Source: a virus
Taxonomy: Duplodnaviria > Caudoviricetes
Strand: one strand, 5' to 3'
DNA length: 59,668 bases
Virus record (IMG/VR): IMGVR_UViG_3300031862_000785
Coordinates: 1 to 59,668 of that record
Shown here: positions 44,870-54,433 of the stretch, in pieces
How positions within the stretch are numbered: position 1 is the first letter of the stretch
Layout of the letters: every line of letters starts with the position of its first letter
Program-made: the position numbers and the translations under genes
The notes under the pieces: model-generated
What the model was told of the DNA's origin: nothing
Database searches by the model: none
What the model saw: only the letters and a program-made list of their open reading frames with translations

Positions 44870-47865
44870 TCCTCCTCGTCGTCGGAAAGGTCTGCGAGAT
44901 CGACCGGCTCCTCGACCGCCCGGGCGGTGCTGGCGTCCCCGCGGAACCTCGCGGAACCTGTTGCGGAACTTCGCGCCTCAACATCCGCGTCGAATTTCGC
45001 TTCTGATGCCTCTGGAAGGCTCTCTGACATATTTGCGGAACGTTGCGGAACTTCTACGGGGGTCCGCCCCGCGCACGCATGCGCACACACACACGCGCAT
45101 GCGCATGCGTGAGGGGAGGGTAGGGCAGAACATCCGCAACGTTCCGCGAGTGGCAACAATCCCTCGTCAGCCCTGGCATTTTCCTGCGGAACCAGCGGGT
45201 GTGAAGTTCCGCACAACGTTCCGCAAGTTCCGCAATCGCCTGCCGGATCGAGCCGATAGCAGGCGCCTTTGGTGTGCGCATCGCGGCGCATCAGCACGCG
45301 CCACTCTCCAAACTGCCGGTCGCGAACCGCTGCCAGGGCCCTGCCAAGGCGGGTCTGCTGGGAGCGAAGCGACTTGTCGCCGATGACGCTGCCGAGGAGG
45401 TCCCGCTCCAGGGCGATCTCGAGCAAGTCTTTTGCGGACACCCAGTTGTCGTGGTAATCATCCCACCAGGCGGCCACGAACTCCCGCCATTCGTTCCCCT
45501 CGGCGTCAGCGGTCTCGTAGAGTTCCTCGGTGTTACCCAGGAAGTGGTCAATGCCGACGTTGCCCAGGATACCGCCGACCACGCGAGACCAGCCTTCGAA
45601 GGAGCCGAGCACTCTTTGTCCCTGGGGCTTTCCGGCGGCGATCCAGGTTTGCACCAATACCAGGAGAGCATGCACCAGCCGCGCCCGGTTTGCTCTGATC
45701 CATTCCCGCAGAGGAGCGTGTTTGAAGGCGGTGCGCTCCCAGGGACGGTCAGTTCTGGGGTCAAGGCGAATGCGGGCGCAGCGCCGGGCGATCTCCAACG
45801 AAAGGCGGGGATTGTTGGCCGTCACCAGCCAGGTGGCGCGGTTGGGCAGGTCGATCATCCGCGTCTGCCCAAGAATCCGGTCCGACCAGACCTCGGCTGT
45901 GAGCGCTGCGGCCAGCTGCGCCGACTCAATGCCGGTGCGGATGTTATCGAGAAGAATGACTGGCTGCGCCCGGGCGAGCAGGGAGGTGATCTTCTTACGC
46001 GCCTCCTCTTCGTCCGGCGTGACCGTGGTTGGCTCGCAGCACCGTCCCAGAGCGATCAGTGCCACCACGTCAGCGAGCAGCCCCTTGCCGGAACCAGGAG
46101 TGGGCGCCTCGATCAGGTGAATGGGAGTGCACCCGTCCACCATGCGCCGGATGAAGGGAAGCAACAGGGCGGCCACGGCATGGGCGCGATCCGCCTCGGA
46201 GGCGAAAGGAAAGTCGACGAGCAGGTCAGTGAGCAGCAGATCCCTGGCTGTGCCAACCTGCTCCGGCGTGGGCCGCTCGGGCACTGCTTCTACGGAGAAG
46301 CCGGGAAGGCGGTGATACCAGAGTCGGGCCGCCGCATGATACCCAGATTCACTGATCATTTTGCCTTCCCGGCCAAAGACCGGCGCGCACACCACGGCTT
46401 CCAACTGGGGAACCTGCTCGTCGGGGTAGGCAAGCATGTCCCGCGCGACGTCGCGTACCGGGCTGACGCTGGTCACTCCGGTGTCAGTTATCTTCACCCA
46501 GTCGGCAGAGCGGGCCAGGAACCCGTAGATGGCGGCCTCATCGGTCGCCTCGATGCGGCAGCCATCGTCTGCGTGCTGAAGCCGGACGAGCGCGCCGGAA
46601 CGCACGAAGAGCGTGGGCGGGCGATTGGCCGCATGCACTGCGCGCCAGGCGTCAGCAACAACGTCGCGCAGTTGGCGGTTGTTGACCTGGATCGTCGGGC
46701 GACCGTGCGAACTTACCTGCCTGGGGGAATCTCGCGGCAGAACCGGCAGTGGCACGCCCGACATCTCGGCGACACGGGCACAGGCGGCGCGGAAGTCGGC
46801 GGCCTCACCCCGCTCGACCAGGAAGTCAAACACCGACAATGACCTGCCGGAGATGAAGGAGTGAAACTCGCCGCGCTCGGCTTGCCCTGATCCATCTGCC
46901 ACGCCAGCGGAGGGATCACGATCTCCCGTCGGCGACCACGGATCACGGCACTGCAACCAGCCTTCAGCGCATGTCTTCCCGGTCAGCCACTGCCCGTAGA
47001 CCGCTTCCAGAGGCAACGCCGCGAGCGCTTTCTCTCGCCACTCGCGCCAGGCCTGGTCACTCGTCTCGTCAGACTTGCGCTGTCTCGGGCTCGCACGAGT
47101 CTGCTGGCTGCCGGACTCCTTTATCCGAGCGATAACTGCCTCGACCTGGGACTCGTCAACCGTTTCGAACTCTTCCGGTACGAACGGAACCAGCTCGCCC
47201 TTCTCATTGGGTCGGTGAAACTGGTTCGCGGCTCCGTTTGCTTCCGACCACCAGGGCAGCCAGACCAGGTTTCCGAAGCCATTGCGCCCGATCTTTGGCT
47301 GTTTCGGGAAGACCTCGATCCCTCGACCGGTCTGTGGCAGCGCTCGCTCTCCGTTGGCGAGGGTTACCTCTTCGGGCAGCAGCACCTTCGCCATCGCCCG
47401 CGCCTTGCGCGCAGACACAGGCGGATCGAAGAAGCACCACAGGTGCCAGCCATGTCCACCGCCCGACCGTTCCAGGTAAGGGCGCAGGCCTGCTGACTCG
47501 AAGATCCGATAGACGGTCAGTGCAGTGCCGGTCGAGTCAGCGAGCGCCTCCGCGTGGTCGCCGCCGTCGAAGTCCAGGCAGAGCCAGCGGGTTGTGCCAT
47601 CCGGCGCGGGAGCGTAGGCCCCGATGCGAAAGTGGCCCTTGACCACGCCCTCGCCGCGTGAGTTGCGATAGTGGACGGTTACCTTCGGCGCTTCGCTGCC
47701 TTTGAGATGGGCAAGCAGCAACTCGTCGAGCTGGCCGTCTGCCCTGGCAGGAGAAGGTCGTTCCCACGGAGCAAGAAAGGCGACTGTGTCAGTGCGACAC
47801 AAGAAGTAGCGGCGCAGCAGTCCAAGGGCCTTTTCCGAAGGGGGCACAGCCCTACTCTCGCTCAT
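44860..47865 (-). CDS. AEP primase fused to an SF3-like helicase (replication initiator)
   Basis: LCLDFD, ERSGGGHGWHLW, EVFPKQ, GNLVWLP; PGSGKG, LLDN, TANN. Confidence 0.85.
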   Translation of the reverse strand: MSESRAVPPSEKALGLLRRYFLCRTDTVAFLAPWERPSPARADGQLDELLLAHLKGSEAPKVTVHYRNSRGEGVVKGHFRIGAYAPAPDGTTRWLCLDFDGGDHAEALADSTGTALTVYRIFESAGLRPYLERSGGGHGWHLWCFFDPPVSARKARAMAKVLLPEEVTLANGERALPQTGRGIEVFPKQPKIGRNGFGNLVWLPWWSEANGAANQFHRPNEKGELVPFVPEEFETVDESQVEAVIARIKESGSQQTRASPRQRKSDETSDQAWREWREKALAALPLEAVYGQWLTGKTCAEGWLQCRDPWSPTGDRDPSAGVADGSGQAERGEFHSFISGRSLSVFDFLVERGEAADFRAACARVAEMSGVPLPVLPRDSPRQVSSHGRPTIQVNNRQLRDVVADAWRAVHAANRPPTLFVRSGALVRLQHADDGCRIEATDEAAIYGFLARSADWVKITDTGVTSVSPVRDVARDMLAYPDEQVPQLEAVVCAPVFGREGKMISESGYHAAARLWYHRLPGFSVEAVPERPTPEQVGTARDLLLTDLLVDFPFASEADRAHAVAALLLPFIRRMVDGCTPIHLIEAPTPGSGKGLLADVVALIALGRCCEPTTVTPDEEEARKKITSLLARAQPVILLDNIRTGIESAQLAAALTAEVWSDRILGQTRMIDLPNRATWLVTANNPRLSLEIARRCARIRLDPRTDRPWERTAFKHAPLREWIRANRARLVHALLVLVQTWIAAGKPQGQRVLGSFEGWSRVVGGILGNVGIDHFLGNTEELYETADAEGNEWREFVAAWWDDYHDNWVSAKDLLEIALERDLLGSVIGDKSLRSQQTRLGRALAAVRDRQFGEWRVLMRRDAHTKGACYRLDPAGDCGTCGTLCGTSHPLVPQENARADEGLLPLAERCGCSALPSPHACACACVCAHACAGRTPVEVPQRSANMSESLPEASEAKFDADVEARSSATGSARFRGDASTARAVEEPVDLADLSDDEEDCP
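44941..45233. repeat. Iteron-like GCGGAAC array, putative replication origin
   Basis: GCGGAAC at 44941, 44951, 44963, 45035, 45045, 45186; inverted GTTCCGC at 45141, 45206, 45218, 45227; alternating purine-pyrimidine tract at 45071-45111. Confidence 0.7.
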
Positions 47866-50063
47866 CGCCTACTCCCGTCACGCTGGCCGAGAAGTGAGAG
47901 GAAAGTCTTGCGCTGTTCGAGGTGTCGCCGCTGGGCGCAGTTGCGCAGGCCCCAGCGGTCGCCGATCACGATAGCCACCTCCTGCGCACGGGTCACCCCG
48001 GTGTAGAAGAGGTTCCGATGGTGCATGAACGAGTGGGCCTTGTGCACCAGCACGATGGCGCAGGGAAACTCGGAGCCTTGGGCCTTGTGGATGGTCAAAG
48101 CGTAGGCAAGCGACAGGTCAGAGAGGTGGCCGGACTCAGGGGTGACGGTCACAGCCTGGCCATTGAAGGAGACTTCCATCGCCCCGTCGCTTTCAATTGC
48201 GGTCACGCGACCGACCGCGCCGTTCATCACGCCCAGGTCGTAGTTGTTCCGAGTCTGGATCACCTTGTCGTGCAGCAGGAAACGCGGGCGGCGCCCGGGC
48301 CTGGGAGCGGAGACATCGACTGCCCACAGCTTCTTCTGGACCAGACGCTGCAACTCGACGTTGAGCGCCTCGACGCCCAGAGGCCCTTTGCGCGTCGGGG
48401 TAAGTACCTGCACATCTTCCACCAGGTCGAAACCCAGCCGCCCAACGAGCACTGATTCAAAGAGGTCGAGCAGGAAGCGCTGCACATCCCAGACATCGGT
48501 GAACTGATCCACCAGGTACCAGGGGCGGCGGCTCCCGCCGTCGTCCGCGGCGGTCGTGCGCACCTCGCCTTGCAGGATAGCGATGGAGTTCTCTTTGAGC
48601 ACGCCCGCCTGGCGCACGATCTCGTCGAGGATGACGGTGGGCACTGCGCGCGTGTCGATCAGGTCGCGCAGGACGTTGCCCGGCCCAACGGGCGGGAGTT
48701 GGTTGTGGTCGCCTACCAGCACGACGGCGGTTCGCTCCAGGTCCAGGGCCTGGAAGAGGTGCCAGGCCAGAGGCACGTCCACCATCGAGACCTCGTCAAT
48801 GATCACTACGTCGGCCGCGATAGGGTCTTCCGCCGTTCGCCTGAATTCCCGGCCGTCATAGCCGAGCAGCCGGTGGATAGTGAATGCCTCCTGGCCGACC
48901 ACCTGCTCCAGCCGCTTCGCCGCCTTGCCGGTTGGCGCACAGAGCACCACTCGAAGGTCGCACTTGCGGCAAAGGCGGGTCATCGCCGCGATGGTGTAGG
49001 TCTTGCCACTGCCCGCGCCGCCGCAGATGAGGGTGATCTGATGGCGCAGCGCGGTCAGCACGGCCTGGCGCTGGCCGGCGTTGAGGTCGGGCGCATTCTC
49101 GTCCACCAGACCTTCCAGGTCGTCTTCGCCCGCCAGGTGGCAGTTCGCTTCGCCCCCGCGCCGAAACACCTCCCCGAGTTGCTCCTCCATCGCGCGCAGG
49201 TCAGGCCTGGCCACCAGAAACCGCCCGCCGTAAGAGGCGCACGAGAGCTGCTTCTCTTCGATCAGGGAATCCAGTGACTGCTCGATCCGGGCGCGGCTGT
49301 CGAGAGTGTCCATCACCAGCAGCGCGTTCGCCTGGTCAATCAGCTCCTCGTACTCGACCCAGCAGTCCCCTTGCTCGACGCGCTCTTGCACGCAGTGCAG
49401 GACGCCAGCGCGAATCCGGGAGGGATGATCCTTCGCCGAACCCATCTTGCGGGCGATCTTATCCACCCGCTTGAAGGCGAAGCCCGGCACCTCGCGGGCG
49501 ATCAGGTAGGGATCAGTCTGGAGCAGGGCCACCACGTTGTTGCCGAACCGCTCGACCAGCGTCTTCACCTGGTGGTGGGTGAGGCCGAAGGCCGCCAGCC
49601 AGGTGAGCGCACCGTTGACGGCCTTGGTGCGCAGCCACTCGTCTCGCAGCGATTGCACAACCTCGAGGGGAACATGAACCGCCTCGGCAATGGCTTCCGG
49701 CTCCTCGGAGAGCACCCGGTCGAAGTCCTTGCCGAAGCGCTCAGCGATCTGGCGCGCCTTGACCGGGCCGATGCCCTTGATGTCGGGATGGTTGGCGAGG
49801 TAGTTGGCCAGCCCCTCGGCATCGAGCCTGGTGTCGTACTCCAACGACTCGACCTTGAGTTGCCGGCCGTACTTCGGATGCTCTTCCCAAACACCGTGCA
49901 GTATGACCGGTTCATACTCGCGGATCATGACCGGTCCTGCGAATGAGATGCTCTGCCCCTCCGTGGTGCGAAGCCGTCCGGCGGAGAAGCGCGGGCTGGA
50001 ATAGAAGACTTCCTCAACGCGGCCCCGTACCGTGGCCGCTGGTTCTCTCAAAGCACTTCGCAT
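47862..50063 (-). CDS. recD2: RecD2-like SF1B helicase
   Basis: HhH IKGIGP, GGAGSGKT, APTGKAAKR, IDEVSM, GDHNQLPPVGPG, TIHKAQGSEF, YTGVTRA. Confidence 0.93.
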   Translation of the reverse strand: MRSALREPAATVRGRVEEVFYSSPRFSAGRLRTTEGQSISFAGPVMIREYEPVILHGVWEEHPKYGRQLKVESLEYDTRLDAEGLANYLANHPDIKGIGPVKARQIAERFGKDFDRVLSEEPEAIAEAVHVPLEVVQSLRDEWLRTKAVNGALTWLAAFGLTHHQVKTLVERFGNNVVALLQTDPYLIAREVPGFAFKRVDKIARKMGSAKDHPSRIRAGVLHCVQERVEQGDCWVEYEELIDQANALLVMDTLDSRARIEQSLDSLIEEKQLSCASYGGRFLVARPDLRAMEEQLGEVFRRGGEANCHLAGEDDLEGLVDENAPDLNAGQRQAVLTALRHQITLICGGAGSGKTYTIAAMTRLCRKCDLRVVLCAPTGKAAKRLEQVVGQEAFTIHRLLGYDGREFRRTAEDPIAADVVIIDEVSMVDVPLAWHLFQALDLERTAVVLVGDHNQLPPVGPGNVLRDLIDTRAVPTVILDEIVRQAGVLKENSIAILQGEVRTTAADDGGSRRPWYLVDQFTDVWDVQRFLLDLFESVLVGRLGFDLVEDVQVLTPTRKGPLGVEALNVELQRLVQKKLWAVDVSAPRPGRRPRFLLHDKVIQTRNNYDLGVMNGAVGRVTAIESDGAMEVSFNGQAVTVTPESGHLSDLSLAYALTIHKAQGSEFPCAIVLVHKAHSFMHHRNLFYTGVTRAQEVAIVIGDRWGLRNCAQRRHLEQRKTFLSLLGQRDGSRR

Positions 50064-50494
50064 GCAGTTTGAGCCTTTCGATGGAATCGAAGCAGATAGC
50101 ATTCGGTGAACAGGCGAGCCACTTGCCGGTCGGAGCAGAAGAACACGGGAACGCCGTAGTCAATCACGATGGAGACCACTGCCCCCAGCACCGCGCTCGG
50201 GTGGGCGCCGGAGTGGTAGCAGCTTGCCACGACCTCCGCCAGGTCGGCTTCGACCACGATGCAGGCCGCCTCGTACTCCCTCAGCCGGAGCAACTCGCGG
50301 CGGAATCGGTCTCTGCTCCGGATCACGGTGGTAACGAGATCATCCAGCGTCTTGCGCTCCACCGCGACTCGATCCTCAAGCCCTTCGAGGGAGTAGTCTC
50401 CGGCGGGGAGCGCGCGGCGCACCACCGCCACGCGCTCCGGGTCGAAGGAATAAGCCTCCTGCTCACGGCTGTCGATCACGATCACGGCTGACAT
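50048..50494 (-). CDS. ERCC4-domain nuclease
   Basis: IDSREQ, L.AGDYS, VERKT..DL. Confidence 0.9.
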   Translation of the reverse strand: MSAVIVIDSREQEAYSFDPERVAVVRRALPAGDYSLEGLEDRVAVERKTLDDLVTTVIRSRDRFRRELLRLREYEAACIVVEADLAEVVASCYHSGAHPSAVLGAVVSIVIDYGVPVFFCSDRQVARLFTECYLLRFHRKAQTACEVL

Positions 50495-50495
50495 G

Positions 50496-50981
50496 TCAGA
50501 ACGGGTTCAGAGCGTCCTGGGCGGCCGCGTCGTATCCCTGGCCCTCATCCTCGGTCACGATGCGCCGGTTGAAGTAGACGTTCTCGCTCTCGTCCTTCGT
50601 GCGCTTGGTGATCTCGAGGCGGACGTCCAGGAGCCTCTCCAGGTTGGCCGGCAGTTCGGAGAGGCGCGCCAAGTCGAGTCCGCAGGTGTGCAGGTCGGTC
50701 TTCAACCACTTGAGGTTCTCGCGGCTCGCCATCACGCTGTTGCGCCAGAGCAGCCGGCCCTTGTGCTGGGGGCCGAGCACCCGCAGCGTCCACTTCAGCA
50801 TGGGATTGCCGGAGCTCTGAGCGCGGGTCAGTTCGACCTTCTCGACAACGACCTGATACTTGCCATCGGGCAGCGGTTCGAAGTCGCGTTGCTCGATCGG
50901 CGCCTCGGCGAAGTCATCGTCGAACTGCGCCAGGTCGATACCAGGGCCATAGGTTGCGGCATCGGATTCGTAGGTGCTCAT
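50496..50981 (-). CDS. DUF669-like ssDNA-binding protein
   Basis: PLPDGKY.V, SSGNPMLKW, acidic tail ending NPF. Confidence 0.8.
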   Translation of the reverse strand: MSTYESDAATYGPGIDLAQFDDDFAEAPIEQRDFEPLPDGKYQVVVEKVELTRAQSSGNPMLKWTLRVLGPQHKGRLLWRNSVMASRENLKWLKTDLHTCGLDLARLSELPANLERLLDVRLEITKRTKDESENVYFNRRIVTEDEGQGYDAAAQDALNPF

Positions 50982-50984
50982 CGG

Positions 50985-51830
50985 TCACTCTCCTTGTGAG
51001 TGGGTTGTTTGCCCGCCGAGGCGGGCTTTCGGCCGCGAACTGTCCGCGGCCGGTTTGGACGCAGTAGGGGCTTTGCCAAGCTGCTCCGGGCTCGGAGCAC
51101 GATCGCTAGATTGCTGTGCCGGAGCCTGAGCGGGCGCGCCCTGGTTGAACGCCTCGACGAACTTGCTGAAATCCAGGTCAATTACTTCGGGCAGGCGCCC
51201 GGTGCGGTCGCCGGCCTCGTAGTTCACGTGCGGCTTGGTGCGCATCACCCGCCGGCCCGCCACGCTGCCATCGGGGCCTGCGGTCATCTCAAGGTCGCAG
51301 TAGAGAATCAGGTCAACCATCCCCAGCACGACCTTGCGCACCTTGTCGGGAAGGGTGGGGACGATCCGGGTGTGCTTGCCGGTGCGAGTCTCGATCTCCC
51401 GCTCCTGGGAGTGGGAGACCAGGAAGAGACCGTAGGGCAGCAGCGAGACCTTCGTGAGGACGCGGTGAAACTCGTTGTTGATCAGGGCATAGCCCTTGCC
51501 AAATCCCAGGTCGCTCTCATGGTCGATCTTGAACTTGGCGCAGATGTAATCGGCGCACATCCGGTAGGCGTTGTCCACGGTGTCGATGACCACCGTCCTG
51601 AACGGGTGCTTGCCCTCGGCGATCTCGCGGCAGGCCAGCAGAAACTCTTCCCACCTGGTGATCGGCACCTGGAACACCTCCAGGTTGTTGAGGCCGGCCT
51701 CGGTCGCCAGGAAGACCGCTCCCTCGGCCTGCGAACACCAGGTCGACTTCCCGATCTTGCTCGGCCCGTAGACCAGCACAGTCAGGTCGGCCAGGTTCTG
51801 TTTTGGCAGGGTTCTTTCAGTTGGAAGCAT
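50985..51830 (-). CDS. AAA_24/Sak4-like ATPase
   Basis: YGPSKIGKST, TVVIDTVD, GKGY, LVSH. Confidence 0.85.
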   Translation of the reverse strand: MLPTERTLPKQNLADLTVLVYGPSKIGKSTWCSQAEGAVFLATEAGLNNLEVFQVPITRWEEFLLACREIAEGKHPFRTVVIDTVDNAYRMCADYICAKFKIDHESDLGFGKGYALINNEFHRVLTKVSLLPYGLFLVSHSQEREIETRTGKHTRIVPTLPDKVRKVVLGMVDLILYCDLEMTAGPDGSVAGRRVMRTKPHVNYEAGDRTGRLPEVIDLDFSKFVEAFNQGAPAQAPAQQSSDRAPSPEQLGKAPTASKPAADSSRPKARLGGQTTHSQGE

Positions 51831-51846
51831 CTCGGTTCTCCTCTCG

Positions 51847-52782
51847 TCAGAATGCAGGAACCTCGCTCATGGAAGGCCCCCGCTGTTCCCGCAGCTCTTC
51901 GTGCGGGGGAACGCGCTGGTAGAAGTTGTCAATCACGTTCGGGCTGCCGCCGGAGCGACAGAGCGAAAAGTATGGACACGGCCGGTAGTGGTGAAAGCAG
52001 AAGGCGGTGTTCTGGTACCAGGCGTTCCGCCGCCTGGCGTCGAGGAAGGCCTGGGTGAGTTCCCACAACTCGGCGCGCAGCACGGTGAACTGGTCGCGGG
52101 AGAGATAGAGCATCTCCCGGTGAAACATCGCCGGCTGAGCATACTTAGCTGCCAGGCGATCCGCGAACTCGGCCTCGCTCTCCGTGCGGCGCTGCTTCAG
52201 CCGCGCCTTGAGCAGCAGGTTGTAGAACACGCCGGTGATGCGAATGCTGAGCGCCTGCTCCAGGTAGTAGGCGTAGAGCGTGATCTGGAAGTCGGTCCAG
52301 AGGCGCTCCAGGTAACCGCCGTCAAGAGCAGAGGCGGTCTTGTGCTCCAGCACGAAGTGCTCGTCTCCGACGCGGACGAGACCGTCCACCTTGCCGGCGA
52401 GCACGAAACTGCGAGAGCGCGCCCTGGTGGCCGGGTTGATGATCTCGCCTTCGAAGGTGTGCTCGAGAGCGAGAACCTCGAACTCCTCGGCCGGGTAGCG
52501 ATTCGCGTAGCCGGCCATCATCGCTGTGCCCAGACGCCAGTCCCGGCGCTGCTCATCATCCTGGACTCGGGCCGGCAGCCTCTGGTCGACGTGCTCCAGC
52601 ACCGCTGCGAGGTCGCGGTCGCGGTGCCAGATCTCCAGGCACTCGTGGACGAGAGTCCCGAAGCCGAGGCGCGGGTCACGCCTGATCGGCGCAAGCTCGC
52701 GCATGTAGCGCCAGTAGCAGGCCTTCCGGCAGTTGCGAAACAGACTCCACATCGAGTAGGTGGTGGTCATGCGAGGCGTCAT
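51847..52782 (-). CDS. PD-(D/E)XK (RecB/Cas4-like) exonuclease
   Basis: FRNC, GTLVH, GKVDG..VLEHKT, Q...Y, C..C..C cluster. Confidence 0.85.
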   Translation of the reverse strand: MTPRMTTTYSMWSLFRNCRKACYWRYMRELAPIRRDPRLGFGTLVHECLEIWHRDRDLAAVLEHVDQRLPARVQDDEQRRDWRLGTAMMAGYANRYPAEEFEVLALEHTFEGEIINPATRARSRSFVLAGKVDGLVRVGDEHFVLEHKTASALDGGYLERLWTDFQITLYAYYLEQALSIRITGVFYNLLLKARLKQRRTESEAEFADRLAAKYAQPAMFHREMLYLSRDQFTVLRAELWELTQAFLDARRRNAWYQNTAFCFHHYRPCPYFSLCRSGGSPNVIDNFYQRVPPHEELREQRGPSMSEVPAF

Positions 52783-53129
52783 CGGCGAGCCTCCGCCACC
52801 AAGGCGTCCTCGCGCTGGCGTCCGACTCGCTCGATGCGGAAAGCTTCCTCTCCGAACTGCCGGATGAGGAAGTTGGTGAAGATGCGAGCCACCGTGTGGC
52901 CCGCCTCCGTGCGGGCGTCCACCACGAGGGCGCGCTTGTCATCGTCGGCACAGAAGGAAACATCCAGGCGGATACAGGAGCGGCCGTGAAGGCCCTCCGC
53001 CGCGAAGATGGAGAGCAGAAGCGACTCGTGCACCTCCTTCATGCACGCGCCGGGTTCGAAGCGAAAGCGGTAGATCTCCGGTGTCATCGGTCTCTCCATC
53101 CTGGTTGGGCTCAACCTCGCCCACTTCAT
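52779..53129 (-). CDS. Hypothetical protein
   Basis: 116-aa ORF coupled in the operon (start may be the internal MTPEIY). Confidence 0.65.
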   Translation of the reverse strand: MKWARLSPTRMERPMTPEIYRFRFEPGACMKEVHESLLLSIFAAEGLHGRSCIRLDVSFCADDDKRALVVDARTEAGHTVARIFTNFLIRQFGEEAFRIERVGRQREDALVAEARR

Positions 53130-53131
53130 AC

Positions 53132-53752
53132 CTACGGGATCTCGCGCGAAAGTGACGGCGCCGGCTGGAGGTACTCGCGGAGCCCCGCCTCTTCGAAGAT
53201 CGCCCGGAGTCTGGAGCGCGGCCCGTAGAGGGTGGTGCGGGGAACTCCCAGGGCAGCCGCGACCTCCGAGATGGTGGCGCTCATCAGTCGTCGGCAGAGG
53301 TCTTGCTGCCCCGGGGGGATGTGGGCAAGGAGGCGCTCCAGGTCAACCTTCCGCGCGACCTCATCTTCCAGGGACAACTCGCCGACGCTGTGCTGGCTGC
53401 GAACGGCGTCCTCATGGGCGATGTCCTCGATGGACACCTCGTCGCCCTCAGCGGTCTGGACGGTATCTGAGAGCGAGCAGACGTTGAGCCGGAAGTCGCG
53501 GCGAGCAGTGCGGCGGGCATCCAGAATGTCGGCGGCCTTGTGTTCGACGATTCGGGTGACGAACGCCCCGAGTCTCCCGCGCGTGGGGTCGAACTTAGAA
53601 AGCTGCTCCAGGACGTGAAGAGTCAGGTCGCCTTCGATGTCCTCGCCTTCGTCCCTGGTGACACCGGCCTTGCCGATCAGTCGAGATGCTGTGCGCCGGA
53701 TGATCTGAAATGCCTCTGCGTCGAGTTCCTTGCGGCTGGAATCGGAACCCAT
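53132..53752 (-). CDS. ECF/sigma-70-like factor
   Basis: Region 2 (EDIEGDL...KFDPTRG..AFVTRIV) and region 4 HTH (TISEVAAALGVPRTTLY). Confidence 0.8.
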   Translation of the reverse strand: MGSDSSRKELDAEAFQIIRRTASRLIGKAGVTRDEGEDIEGDLTLHVLEQLSKFDPTRGRLGAFVTRIVEHKAADILDARRTARRDFRLNVCSLSDTVQTAEGDEVSIEDIAHEDAVRSQHSVGELSLEDEVARKVDLERLLAHIPPGQQDLCRRLMSATISEVAAALGVPRTTLYGPRSRLRAIFEEAGLREYLQPAPSLSREIP

Positions 53753-53817
53753 CCTTTCCTCCTCGCGGCCGAGGAGGAGCCCGTGGCGGGTGCCGCCCAG
53801 CTCCGGGGAAGCATCGA

Positions 53818-53900
53818 GAAACGATCAGAGGTCGCTGCGAGTTCGCCGGCTTGGCGACACCCACAACGACCTCCGCTCTGCGGCCAGTACGTTGTCTGGT
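53818..53900 (-). ncRNA. Structured leader (divergent copy 3) upstream of the sigma gene
   Basis: CCGC(AGA)GCGG-AGG, then a 15-bp stem (53859-73/53828-42) with three G-U pairs and an apical TCGCC/GGCGA stem. Confidence 0.5.
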
Positions 53901-53920
53901 GACGGAATATGGCCCCGGTC

Positions 53921-54235
53921 TCAGACCGGAACCGGAACACTCATCTGAAACGGAAGCCCGTGCTTGACAGTCAGCACCTCGATCACGCCGTTGCCCATCT
54001 CGTCGAGCGAAGCGAAGAACTCCACGGCGTGGATCTTCAGGATGAAGTCCCCGGCCTCGCGCTCAGGGCGGGGGCCGTTCTCCTTGCCGAACGCGACATC
54101 GCGCACAGCGCGTGGCAGGGGATCGAAGACCGGCTCGCCGCCGACGATCAGCAGGTTCTCGATCCGGCCGAAGCCGAGTTCCTGGCAGATCTCAAGCAGG
54201 CGCTGCCGGGCAGGGGAGAGATCGCTTTTTCGCAT
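53921..54235 (-). CDS. Small protein with two DUF2292-like repeats
   Basis: LLEICQELGFGRIENLLIVGGEP and FFASLDEMGNGVIEVLTVKHGLP; GGAGG RBS. Confidence 0.7.
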   Translation of the reverse strand: MRKSDLSPARQRLLEICQELGFGRIENLLIVGGEPVFDPLPRAVRDVAFGKENGPRPEREAGDFILKIHAVEFFASLDEMGNGVIEVLTVKHGLPFQMSVPVPV

Positions 54236-54369
54236 ACGCCACCTCCGTGACTGAGAGTTGTGGAGCCGTCTGGCTCCTGACTCTCATGGTCGCAGAGGTG
54301 ACCAGAAAGAGGGGTGGGCGGAAAGTGGGTTTACTGCGGGTTTAGTGTGGGCGCGCCGAAGCGGGAGGC

Positions 54370-54404
54370 AAGACGAGAAAGGGCCGCCTTGCCCGGCGAC
54401 CCTT
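54370..54404 (-). terminator. Probable intrinsic terminator
   Basis: AAGGGTCGCC-loop-GGCGGCCCTT then TCTCGTCTT. Confidence 0.5.
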
Positions 54405-54433
54405 CCAACGATTGTGCGCACCTGGTGGGATGA

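Noticed and set aside
44941-45233. Possible CRISPR array, given the Cas4-like nuclease at 51847..52782
   Set aside because: The repeats are 7-mers in both orientations with irregular spacing, and no cas1/cas2 or spacer structure is present.
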